This document shows, in pieces, positions 1 through 8,081 of a stretch of 41,390 nucleotides of DNA. Each line of letters begins with the position of its first letter. The stretch's first letter is position 1. Below the pieces are notes generated by a model. That model had not been told where the DNA came from and did no database searches. It worked only from the letters and a program-made list of their open reading frames with translations. This stretch comes from Deltaproteobacteria bacterium (GTDB lineage Bacteria > Desulfobacterota > UBA8473), in contig DAOWME010000002.1 of the NCBI GenBank assembly GCA_030643245.1, positions 1-41,390 of the forward strand, written 5' to 3'. Made by a program: the position numbers and the translations under genes.

Positions 1-169
1 GAAATAACTTCCCCATTTGTGCATCTCATCTTCAGGCCATCTTTGCCCGATCTTCAAACACAAAATCCTCAAAATAGTTCGACTATTCCTGCGGTTTTGC
101 GTTTTCGGATCGAACAAATCTAACCTAAATCTGAGCGCCAACTTGAGGAAGTTATTTCGTCCCCGTCCC
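1..169 (+). mobile_element. Family-1 ~180-bp palindromic MITE-like element, copy A (left end clipped by window start)
   Basis: Collinear with the full copies at 16084-16262 and 34866-35045 (reverse complement). Begins inside the terminal repeat (gaaataacttcc). Right end is ggaagttatttcgtccccgtccc, followed by TAA at 170-172. Confidence 0.9.
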
Positions 170-468
170 TAAGCATCGCACCGAGGTGCGCTTTCCCCGC
201 CCTGCGCCGCTCTTGTCCGGCGTCCGAGGCAGATATGCGACGCTCCTTCCTGTCTTCCGATAAGTAGTGTATCTTAGGCTGGGTGTCCATCTTCAACTTT
301 ATAATATGCTTGACAGCGGGTTTTCGTCTAGTTTACTCTCCAGACTCCTATGTGCTTCCGCGCCTTGGATTGACCAACGGCGGCCTGTACCTTCCATCTG
401 TTCTTGCCTGTATGTCCTCAAGTAGATTCTACAACTCCGCTACCTAGTGTGCATCCAGAAATGAGATA

Positions 469-538
469 TTTTTCGACCTGTTCTGTTGAGTAGGTTTACC
501 TCTTAACGGAATCTTGCTTAACTGCACAGGTGAAAAAA
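469..538. repeat. Family-3 short palindromic intergenic element (~70 bp)
   Basis: Imperfect inverted arms tttttcgacctgttctgtt / aactgcacaggtgaaaaaa. Internal aggtttacc...cttaac core is shared with 2596-2723 and 11955-12000. Confidence 0.6.
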
Positions 539-540
539 CC

Positions 541-569
541 TTGACAACTTCCAGTGCATGTGCTAATTT
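541..569 (+). promoter_or_regulatory. Candidate sigma70-type promoter for the Trp-rich protein / redox cluster
   Basis: TTGACA (541-546), 17-nt spacer, TAATTT (564-569), about 75 nt upstream of the ATG at 644. Confidence 0.4.
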
Positions 570-643
570 TGCTTTTTTTGAATGATGGCTCATTCATTTT
601 ATTGTCTGGCATAAGAGGTCAGAGGCATTTTGAGGTGCAAGTG

Positions 644-1903
644 ATGAGTGAAACACAGGGTTGGGACTGGGAAACCAAAGAGAAGTTGGTTGCAGATTTG
701 AATAAGTGGAGGAAGGATTTCCCGGTCGTATGGGAATGCATAGTCAGTAACGATGGTGAGAAGATCTCAGCGCCGGTCCGCACGGAAGATGATGAGTTCA
801 CCGTCTGCGTGAACGGTGAAACCTGGGAAAACACCTTTGAGAAATTATGGTCACTGAAATATGGTCCTGATGATCGGTTAATATGTCTCGTGATGAATGA
901 TGATGAATGGACTGTTGCTGTTGACAACGAAATGTGGGAGGAAACTTTCGAATATGTTTGGGGACTGCAGTTCACCCCTGATGGAAAAAGCATTGCGGTA
1001 AATATACACGGCGAAAACGGATATGGGATCTCCTTGAACGGCAAGACCTGGGAAAATGGGTTCGTTGATGCGAGAGATTTTGCTCTTAGCCCTGATGGTA
1101 AGAATACAGCCGCGGGTATCCAGACCAAAAGCCTAGCGGAAGGAGACATCTTTGGATTCGCCGAAGGCATATGGACTGTGGCTGTAAACGGGGAGCCATG
1201 GAAGAGAAATTTTTTGAATGTGTGGGGCATTGCTTTCAGCGCGGATAGCAGGCAGGTGGCGGCAGAGGTGAGAGTCGGCGAATATGAATTTACCATAGCA
1301 GTAAACGGGAATACATGGAACCAGACATTCAAATCTGTGTGGGAACCGATTTTCTACCCACATGGTGTTGACGTATTGGCTCCTGTCCAGACCGATGGTG
1401 GCTGGACCCTGGCAAAGAACGGGCAGATAATATGGGACAAGAAGTTTGTCCAGACATGGCATCAGACCTTCAGCCCGGATGGACAGAAGATTGCCGCAGT
1501 GGTGACTCCGGAATTCGGCAAGTGGACAATTGCAGTCGATGGCTCGCCGTGGTACAAAAAATTTGGAGATGCGATCCTGCCACCGGTTTTCAGCCCCGAC
1601 GGCAGGAAGGTGGCGGCAATAGCCAAGGAGAATAACCGGTGGACAATTGTGACGGATGCGGTTCCTTGGGACGAGGACTTCGATATGATATGGGACCCTG
1701 TTTTCAGTCCGATCGGCGATAAGGTGGTTGCCAAGGCTGAAAAAGACGGGAAGTTCTTCATTGTCGTAGATGGCAAAGTTGGGAAACGTGGATTTGAAGC
1801 CCTCTGGAACCCGATATTTAGTCCTGATGGAAGGAAACTTCTTGTCAGGGCAATAGAGGATGGGAAATATTACCGCCGGATAATGACGTTGGAAGAAGTT
1901 TAG
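644..1903 (+). CDS. Tryptophan-rich repeat protein (PD40/beta-propeller-like ~40-aa repeats; possibly TmcD-like), no signal peptide
   Basis: ATG at 644 is preceded by GAGGTG (632-637). There are 9-10 repeats of the pattern FSPDG.k.A....W.iaVnG..W...F..vW. I count 24 Trp in 419 aa. The ORF-track start at 554 has no RBS. Confidence 0.75.
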   Translation: MSETQGWDWETKEKLVADLNKWRKDFPVVWECIVSNDGEKISAPVRTEDDEFTVCVNGETWENTFEKLWSLKYGPDDRLICLVMNDDEWTVAVDNEMWEETFEYVWGLQFTPDGKSIAVNIHGENGYGISLNGKTWENGFVDARDFALSPDGKNTAAGIQTKSLAEGDIFGFAEGIWTVAVNGEPWKRNFLNVWGIAFSADSRQVAAEVRVGEYEFTIAVNGNTWNQTFKSVWEPIFYPHGVDVLAPVQTDGGWTLAKNGQIIWDKKFVQTWHQTFSPDGQKIAAVVTPEFGKWTIAVDGSPWYKKFGDAILPPVFSPDGRKVAAIAKENNRWTIVTDAVPWDEDFDMIWDPVFSPIGDKVVAKAEKDGKFFIVVDGKVGKRGFEALWNPIFSPDGRKLLVRAIEDGKYYRRIMTLEEV

Positions 1904-1943
1904 AGGTGCATGAATATCCATGAAAAATGGGGAGTGAAAAGAG

Positions 1944-2591
1944 ATGTACGAATTGGTAAGCGGACCATTGGTGTGGATATCGTTCATAGTCTTCATTGGG
2001 GGTAGTCTTTACCAGTTGGGTTCCATGTTAAAACTGGCAAAGAAGGATAAGGTAATATACCCATATATGAGTTTGAAGTACGGTCTGCGGTCGATCATTC
2101 ACTGGATCATTCCCTTTGCCAGCACGAATATGAGAAAACGGCCGGTGATGACTATAATGACTTTCACTTTTCACATATGTCTGGTGCTAACGCCCATATT
2201 GCTTCTCTCTCACAACATTCTTTGGTATCAGTCCTGGAAAATCAGCTGGTGGACATTGCCCGAAGCAACAACTGACATAATGACCGTAATCGTTATTGCC
2301 GCTTCAATTTTCTTCCTCATGAGACGGTTGGTGCTGTCTGAGGTGAGGTTCGTCACCTTTCCTTCGGATTATCTGTTGCTGGCAATTGCAGCGGCGCCAT
2401 TTCTAACCGGTTTGGTGGCTTACCACCAGTGGCTCCCCTATAAGACGATGTTGATTCTCCATATCTTATCCGGCGAAATAATGTTGATCGCTATCCCTTT
2501 TACCAGACTGAGCCATATGTTCTACTTCTTCTTTACCAGGGCGTATATGGGTTCTGAATTTGGCGCGGTTCGTAACTCCAAGGATTGGTAG
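1944..2591 (+). CDS. hmcE: NarI-like membrane cytochrome b subunit (HmcE/TmcC/DsrM-like)
   Basis: 215 aa, about 5 hydrophobic helices with conserved His (IIHWIIPF, FTFHICL, LILHILSG). Sits directly upstream of an HdrD-like CCG protein, as in Hmc/Tmc/Dsr modules. Confidence 0.7.
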   Translation: MYELVSGPLVWISFIVFIGGSLYQLGSMLKLAKKDKVIYPYMSLKYGLRSIIHWIIPFASTNMRKRPVMTIMTFTFHICLVLTPILLLSHNILWYQSWKISWWTLPEATTDIMTVIVIAASIFFLMRRLVLSEVRFVTFPSDYLLLAIAAAPFLTGLVAYHQWLPYKTMLILHILSGEIMLIAIPFTRLSHMFYFFFTRAYMGSEFGAVRNSKDW

Positions 2592-2595
2592 CGGC

Positions 2596-2723
2596 AAAAG
2601 TTTTCGACCTGTGCGGTTGGTCAGGTTTACCGCTTGCCGGCGCTTAACGCAATCCTGTTAACTGAATCATAGGAGACACTTCAAGACACTAGGTTTGTGT
2701 AACTGCACAGTCGAAAGTTTTTT
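2596..2723. repeat. Family-3 palindromic element (~128 bp, expanded copy) in the hmcE-hmcF spacer
   Basis: Arms aaaagttttcgacctgtgcggtt / aactgcacagtcgaaagtttttt. Internal caggtttaccgcttg...cttaacgcaatcctgttaactg matches 469-538. Carries an extra ~36 nt with a duplicated taactg. Confidence 0.6.
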
Positions 2724-2736
2724 AGGAGGAATGTTC

Positions 2737-4068
2737 ATGGCTGAACCTGCGAGATCTATAGTTGTTGATCCGGGACTGGACGAGACTATAAAAAAACTCA
2801 CGCCCGAACGGATAGAAAGCACGATAAAAAAAGTTCTCACTAAAGAAGCCGCTGCCCGGCTGAAGGTTTACATGCAAACCTGCGTCCATTGCGGCTTGTG
2901 TGCCGAAGCTTGTCATTTCTATCTCTCTCATGACAAAGATCCGCGGTTTTCGCCCGTGGGAAAGGTCAAACAGACTCTCTGGGAGATAGTGAGGAAAAAG
3001 GGCAAGGTAGACGGAGAATTCATAAAAAACTGTTCGAGGATAGCCCATACAGAATGCAACGTCTGCAGACGCTGCAGCATGTATTGTCCTTTCGGCATTG
3101 ATATGGCATACCTTCTCCTTCTGGTACGTCGCATATGCGCGCAATTGGGGGTTGTTCCCCAGTACCTGCAGGACACGGTCAACAGCCACGCAGTGACACT
3201 CAATCAGATGTGGGTGAAACAGGATGAATGGATCGACACCCTTCAATGGCAGGAGGAAGATGCCCAAGATGAAGTAAAGAACGCGCGCATACCCCTTGAC
3301 GTAGAGGGCGCCGAGATCATGTATTCGGTTATAGGGCCGGAGCCGAAATTCCTTGCCCAGCTCTTGGGCAACATCTCGATGATCATGACCGTGGCCGGCA
3401 TGGACTGGACTATGCCTTCCTTTGACGGATGGGATAATAGCAATATGGCCATGTACTCAGGTGATTTTGAGACTATGGCGAGGGTTGAACGGAAGCATTA
3501 TGAGGCGGCATTCAAACTGAAGGCAAAGAAGATCGTAATGGGTGAATGTGGCCATGCATTTCGTGGGGCTGTCTATGATGGGTCCAAGTGGCTCTCATGG
3601 AAGCAATCACCAGTGCCGGTGATCCATGCCATCCAATTCTATTATGAACTCATCAGGGATGGGAAGATAAAGATAGGCAAGAAATTCGAAAAACCCATCA
3701 CGGTTCAGGATCCCTGTAATGTTGTAAGGGGCAGGGGCTTGGGGGAGATGCTTCGTTATATTATGAATGCAGTGTGTGAGGATTTCAGGGACGTTTCTCC
3801 CCGATTTGAGCATAATTATTGCTGCGCTGCAGGCGGAGGGGTAATTAACTGCGGCCCACCCTGGAAAAAGAGCCGTGTGGAGGGTAACAGGGTTAAGGCG
3901 GAACAATTTAAAGCTACGGGAGCGGAGGTAGTTGTTACCCCTTGTCATAACTGCCACAGCGGCATTGAAGATATAGTTGACTATTACAATCTCGGGATGC
4001 ACGTCAAGTTCTTTAGTGAGATACTTGTGGAGGTTATGGAGATTCCCGAGGACATGAAAGCCGAATAA
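2737..4068 (+). CDS. hmcF: HdrD/DsrK-like cytoplasmic Fe-S protein (2x[4Fe-4S] plus two CCG domains), HmcF/TmcB-like
   Basis: Motifs CVHCGLCAEAC and CNVCRRCSMYCP, then CCG-type motifs QDPCNVVRGRG...NYCCAAGGG and TPCHNCHSG. AGGAGG at 2724-2729 favours the ATG at 2737 over 2731 or 2695. Confidence 0.85.
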   Translation: MAEPARSIVVDPGLDETIKKLTPERIESTIKKVLTKEAAARLKVYMQTCVHCGLCAEACHFYLSHDKDPRFSPVGKVKQTLWEIVRKKGKVDGEFIKNCSRIAHTECNVCRRCSMYCPFGIDMAYLLLLVRRICAQLGVVPQYLQDTVNSHAVTLNQMWVKQDEWIDTLQWQEEDAQDEVKNARIPLDVEGAEIMYSVIGPEPKFLAQLLGNISMIMTVAGMDWTMPSFDGWDNSNMAMYSGDFETMARVERKHYEAAFKLKAKKIVMGECGHAFRGAVYDGSKWLSWKQSPVPVIHAIQFYYELIRDGKIKIGKKFEKPITVQDPCNVVRGRGLGEMLRYIMNAVCEDFRDVSPRFEHNYCCAAGGGVINCGPPWKKSRVEGNRVKAEQFKATGAEVVVTPCHNCHSGIEDIVDYYNLGMHVKFFSEILVEVMEIPEDMKAE

Positions 4069-4086
4069 GACAAGAAGGAAGGGGAA

Positions 4087-5748
4087 ATGAATAGAAAACT
4101 TGTTACTTCTATCGTTGCAATAGGGATATGTACATGTTTTTTCTTCTTGTTCGGAGGGACAACGAATATTCGGTCTGAGGAAAATAGTGCTGAGAGCCTT
4201 GCGGAACGTCCGATCTTTATTGCAGACACGGATATATTTCGGGAACTGGAGCGGCCTCCGGTGGAATTTTATCATGGTAAACACGCACTGGCTCTTGAAA
4301 AAGAAGGCTGTGGTGTGTGTCATCCTCAAGACAAGAAGGGTAAATTTACTTTCACATACCCCAAGTTGCGGGATGATATGGCTGAGCAGAGGCTCATGAA
4401 TTTATATCACGACACTTGTGTGGGCTGCCATAGGGAAAGATCAAAAAAGGGCAAGGCGTCCGGTTTTGTTACCTGCGGCGAATGCCACGTTGTGAGGGAA
4501 GTATGTGAAGAGCCAAGTTACGTGCCGGTTACACTTGACACCTATTGTCCCCTGGAAGATGTTTATCACAGAGACTGCATAGCATGCCACAAGGAGGGTG
4601 AACATGTCAAAAAAGCCGCCGGGCCTCTGAACTGGAAAGATTTCTATGTAAAGCAAAAAGCATGGAAGGAAACGGACTGGCCTAATATGCGGTTCGACTA
4701 CTATTTGCACCATAAACACGAAGAAGCCCTGGAAAAGAGATGCGAACTCTGTCATCATATGTCCGACGAAAAGTCTTCCTGCCGGGACTGCCACCGGGAA
4801 AAAGAGGAGGACGGAACGGGTTCTTTCCGAGATGTGGCTCACCTGGGTTGTATAACTTGCCATATGGAACGAAAGAAAGAAGGCCGGAACACAGGCCCTT
4901 TCACTTGCGGAGGATGCCATGCTGAAGGTAAAGAGCGCCCATTAATGGAGATAGCGGATATCCTTCCACCCGATGGGGGGCAACCAGGGGAAGTCCTGAT
5001 CAGCATCGAAGGTGCGAGGATGAAACCGGTTCCCTTTGATCACAAGGCGCATGAGATGCAGACCGTTTCATGCAGCGTTTGCCACCATGAAAAACTTGTT
5101 GCCTGCAAAGAATGCCATACGGAGAAAGGCAGCACAGAAGGTGGTGACGTCAATCTGGCAAGGGCATACCATGAGGTGCCGTCCCAACGGAGTTGTGTGG
5201 GTTGCCACGAGTCCCGGAAATCGGAGCCTTCCTGTGCAGGGTGTCACAAATCGATAGAGGGAGGTCTCAATGAGGCATCTTGTCTCGTTTGCCACAGCGG
5301 GGCTTCGAATGGAGGCACGGATGTAGGGAATATCGGAATGATTGGCGCTCCTGATGATATCCTGCCTGAAAAACTGCCTGAGGAGATAACCATAAGCATA
5401 TTGGAGAGGGACTATATGCCGGCAAATTTTCCTCATCGTGCCATAATTGATAGACTGACGGACATTTCCAACGATAGCGAGTTAGCCAGATATTTTCATA
5501 CGAAGCAAGCGACAATCTGCTCGGGGTGCCATCATTACAGCCCGGTGCAGGAGAAGAAACAAGTGCCCCTTTGCAGCGCTTGTCACAGTGTCCGTAAGGA
5601 ACCAGGGGGATCGAACATACCTAGCCTCCTTGGCGCCTATCACCGCCAATGTTTGGGTTGTCACAAGGAGATGGGAATCGAGCCCACAGGTTGCACCGGA
5701 TGTCATGCTGAGAAAGCTACGGCACAAGCTGAAACGGTTAAAAAATAG
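4087..5748 (+). CDS. hmcA: High-molecular-weight multihaem cytochrome c (HmcA-like), 17 CxxCH motifs, Sec signal peptide
   Basis: 553 aa. N-terminal hydrophobic signal (LVTSIVAIGICTCFFFLFGG). I count 17 CxxCH motifs, from CGVCH to CTGCH. RBS is GGAAGGGG. Confidence 0.85.
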   Translation: MNRKLVTSIVAIGICTCFFFLFGGTTNIRSEENSAESLAERPIFIADTDIFRELERPPVEFYHGKHALALEKEGCGVCHPQDKKGKFTFTYPKLRDDMAEQRLMNLYHDTCVGCHRERSKKGKASGFVTCGECHVVREVCEEPSYVPVTLDTYCPLEDVYHRDCIACHKEGEHVKKAAGPLNWKDFYVKQKAWKETDWPNMRFDYYLHHKHEEALEKRCELCHHMSDEKSSCRDCHREKEEDGTGSFRDVAHLGCITCHMERKKEGRNTGPFTCGGCHAEGKERPLMEIADILPPDGGQPGEVLISIEGARMKPVPFDHKAHEMQTVSCSVCHHEKLVACKECHTEKGSTEGGDVNLARAYHEVPSQRSCVGCHESRKSEPSCAGCHKSIEGGLNEASCLVCHSGASNGGTDVGNIGMIGAPDDILPEKLPEEITISILERDYMPANFPHRAIIDRLTDISNDSELARYFHTKQATICSGCHHYSPVQEKKQVPLCSACHSVRKEPGGSNIPSLLGAYHRQCLGCHKEMGIEPTGCTGCHAEKATAQAETVKK

Positions 5749-5786
5749 TCTTTTATCTCTTTGAAGACCGAGGAACGTAATTAATT

Positions 5787-6716
5787 ATGGGAATCGACCG
5801 ACGAGATTTCTTGAAACGATTAGCAGGGATCGGAGGGGTGGCGTTACTTGGCAAGGGCGCAGAGGCTTATGCGGGTCAGCCCCTTGGGGGTTTTCCCGAT
5901 CACCTTGGCGTCCTCGTTGACACCACCCTATGTGTTGGATGCAGGAGTTGCGAAAAGGCCTGTAATGAGATAAATCAGGATCTGCCCCGGAGACCCCAAG
6001 AGTCGTTTCAGGATATGTCTGTATTTGAGGGACGAAGAAGGATGTCCGCCGGCTCTTACACGGTGGTCAACCGTTATCCTGACCCAAAGGATTCGGAGAG
6101 ACCATTCTACTCAAAATTCCAGTGTATGCATTGCCTCGATCCTGGATGTGTGTCCGCCTGCATTGTCGGTGCCCTGACCAAGGACCCGAGTGGGGCAGTG
6201 AGGTATGATGCCTGGAAATGTATTGGATGTCGATACTGTATGGCAGCCTGTCCCTTCCAGGTACCTGCCTATGAATACCATAACGCACTCACACCTCAGG
6301 TGAGGAAGTGCACCTTCTGTTTCGAAGCGAGGACATCAAAAGGAGAGATGCCTGCTTGTGTTGAGGCTTGTCCGATGGAGGTCATGACCTTCGGCAAGAG
6401 AAGAGAGTTGATCACGATTGCCAAATCGCGGATTAAAAAATACCCTGATCGATATGTTCGCCATATTTACGGTGAACATGAGGTGGGGGGGACCGGCTGG
6501 CTTTATCTTTCCGGCCTTCCATTTGAAGATATCGATTTTCCGAAACTTGGAAATACATCGGTTCCGAGTTATACTGAGCCTATACAACACGCGATCTTCA
6601 AACACTGGATTCCCCCACTGACTTGGTTTGGTGTGCTGGGTTTACTGATGTGGTTTATGAAGCCGGTAGAAAATAAAACTGAACCACGCTCCGACGAGGA
6701 AGGACCCGAGAAATGA
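5787..6716 (+). CDS. hmcB: Tat-exported 4x[4Fe-4S] ferredoxin subunit (HmcB/HybA/DsrO-like) with C-terminal TM anchor
   Basis: Twin-arginine motif RRDFLKRLAG. Cluster motifs CVGCRSCEKAC, CMHCLDPGCVSAC, CIGCRYCMAACP and CTFC...CVEACP. Hydrophobic C-terminal helix. Confidence 0.85.
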   Translation: MGIDRRDFLKRLAGIGGVALLGKGAEAYAGQPLGGFPDHLGVLVDTTLCVGCRSCEKACNEINQDLPRRPQESFQDMSVFEGRRRMSAGSYTVVNRYPDPKDSERPFYSKFQCMHCLDPGCVSACIVGALTKDPSGAVRYDAWKCIGCRYCMAACPFQVPAYEYHNALTPQVRKCTFCFEARTSKGEMPACVEACPMEVMTFGKRRELITIAKSRIKKYPDRYVRHIYGEHEVGGTGWLYLSGLPFEDIDFPKLGNTSVPSYTEPIQHAIFKHWIPPLTWFGVLGLLMWFMKPVENKTEPRSDEEGPEK

Positions 6717-7924
6717 GTTCCCATGAACATGCTGCCCCCCTTGATAAACGGTTTTTTACAACCGGAGTGAAAATTCTTATCGCTCTCATGATTACCGGTT
6801 TGGGGTTTGGTCTGTACCGAATGATATTTGGTTTGGGGTCGGTTACAAATTTGACTGATCAGTATCCGTGGGGACTCTGGATTGGTGTAGACGTGGCAAG
6901 CGGAGTGGCCCTGGCAGCCGGGGGGTTTACAAGCGCTTTCTTGGCTCATATTTTTCATAGGGAGCACTATCACGCCATCGTCAGACCGGCCCTTCTAACT
7001 GCGATGTTGGGGTATACCTTTGTCGGTATTGGGTTAATGTTTGATCTTGGCAGGTGGTATAATATATGGCATCCAGCGCTTCCCATGATGTGGCAGGGGA
7101 ATTCGGTTTTATTCGAAGTCGGTATGTGCGTAATGGTTTACGTATCCGTATTGTATTTCGAATTTATACCTATTGTGACGGAGCGTTTCATGGGCAGAGT
7201 AAACCTGCCGGGGATTCTCTCTCTTTTGAATGAACCCATCGATGCAACTCTCAGGGTCATAGACACTGTCTCCGGCAAAATCATGTTTCTTTTCGTAATA
7301 GCCGGCGTGGTTCTATCCTGCCTTCATCAATCGTCTTTAGGGACATTGATGGTAATTGCTCCTTACAAGATGCATCCGCTATACTGGTCTCTTCTCTCTC
7401 CTCTGTTTTTTCTTTTTTCCGCCATTGCTGTGGGATATCCCATGGTGATATTTGAATCGATTATCGCATCCAAGTCGTTCGGAAGGGAACCTGAAATGCA
7501 CATCTTGACCCCTCTTGCCAAGTTTACCCCTTACCTGTTGGGTGTTTATATTGCTTTAAAGATCGGTGATATGATTTATAGGGGCAGCTATGTCTATCTC
7601 TTAGAAGGGTCAATCCAGTCTTGGATGTTCTGGTTTGAATTCGGTCTCTTGACAGTGGTACCTTTTCTTATGTTTCTCTCGTCGCGAGTCCGTCAGTCTG
7701 CCGGGTGGTTGTTTACGGCCGCCATCATGTATGTTGTCGGAGTACTCGTGAATCGCGCTACAGTCTTTTTTGTTGCATACCAGCCCCCCTTTGCAGAAAA
7801 GGCCTATTTTCCAGCTATCGGTGAATTCGCACTGACTATTGGTCTTGTCTCGACACTCATGCTTGTCTATCGTGCCATTGTCACCATATTCCCGGTTCTT
7901 CCCGCCCCTGAAGAGGAGTGTTAA
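6713..7924 (+). CDS. hmcC: NrfD/PsrC-family integral membrane quinone-interacting subunit (HmcC-like)
   Basis: 403 aa and highly hydrophobic (about 10 helices). ATGA start/stop overlap with the upstream ferredoxin gene. Position is typical of NrfD-like partners. Confidence 0.8.
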   Translation: MSSHEHAAPLDKRFFTTGVKILIALMITGLGFGLYRMIFGLGSVTNLTDQYPWGLWIGVDVASGVALAAGGFTSAFLAHIFHREHYHAIVRPALLTAMLGYTFVGIGLMFDLGRWYNIWHPALPMMWQGNSVLFEVGMCVMVYVSVLYFEFIPIVTERFMGRVNLPGILSLLNEPIDATLRVIDTVSGKIMFLFVIAGVVLSCLHQSSLGTLMVIAPYKMHPLYWSLLSPLFFLFSAIAVGYPMVIFESIIASKSFGREPEMHILTPLAKFTPYLLGVYIALKIGDMIYRGSYVYLLEGSIQSWMFWFEFGLLTVVPFLMFLSSRVRQSAGWLFTAAIMYVVGVLVNRATVFFVAYQPPFAEKAYFPAIGEFALTIGLVSTLMLVYRAIVTIFPVLPAPEEEC

Positions 7925-7981
7925 TACACCTCTTTATGAAACAATTGATTATGATCCTCGGTAGTTTCCCTTACTGACTAA

Positions 7982-8081
7982 GGAACGGGGACGAAATAAC
8001 TTCCCCATTTGTACATCTCATCTTCAGGCCATCTTTGACCGATCTTCAAACACAAAATCCTCGAAATAGGTAAGACTATTC
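7982..8081 (+). mobile_element. Family-1 MITE-like element, copy B (left half only; truncated)
   Basis: ggaacggggacgaaataacttcc...taagactattc is collinear with copies C and F for 100 nt, and homology stops at 8081. Preceded by TAA (7979-7981). Followed by ggcatcctt, which resembles a Family-2 terminus. Confidence 0.85.

Noticed and set aside
1-132. Possible peptide encoded by the Family-1 element ([40 protein letters not shown]).
   Set aside because: The frame has no start codon or RBS. In subfamily B/C/F it is closed early by a stop (…NPRNK*). The substitutions between copies do not look synonymous-biased. The structure is conserved but the ORF is not.
619-1996. Long antisense ORFs opposite the Trp-rich repeat gene (619-1332 and 1133-1996 on the minus strand, 237 and 287 aa).
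   Set aside because: These are shadow ORFs inside a repeat-rich CDS. They are low-complexity, have no RBS and show no recognisable motifs. The sense-strand protein has clear periodic repeats.
2695-2736. Upstream starts for the HdrD-like gene (TTG at 2695, ATG at 2731).
   Set aside because: The 2695 extension translates the right arm of the Family-3 element. The ATG at 2731 is only 1 nt from the AGGAGG, whereas the ATG at 2737 has an ideal 7-nt spacing.
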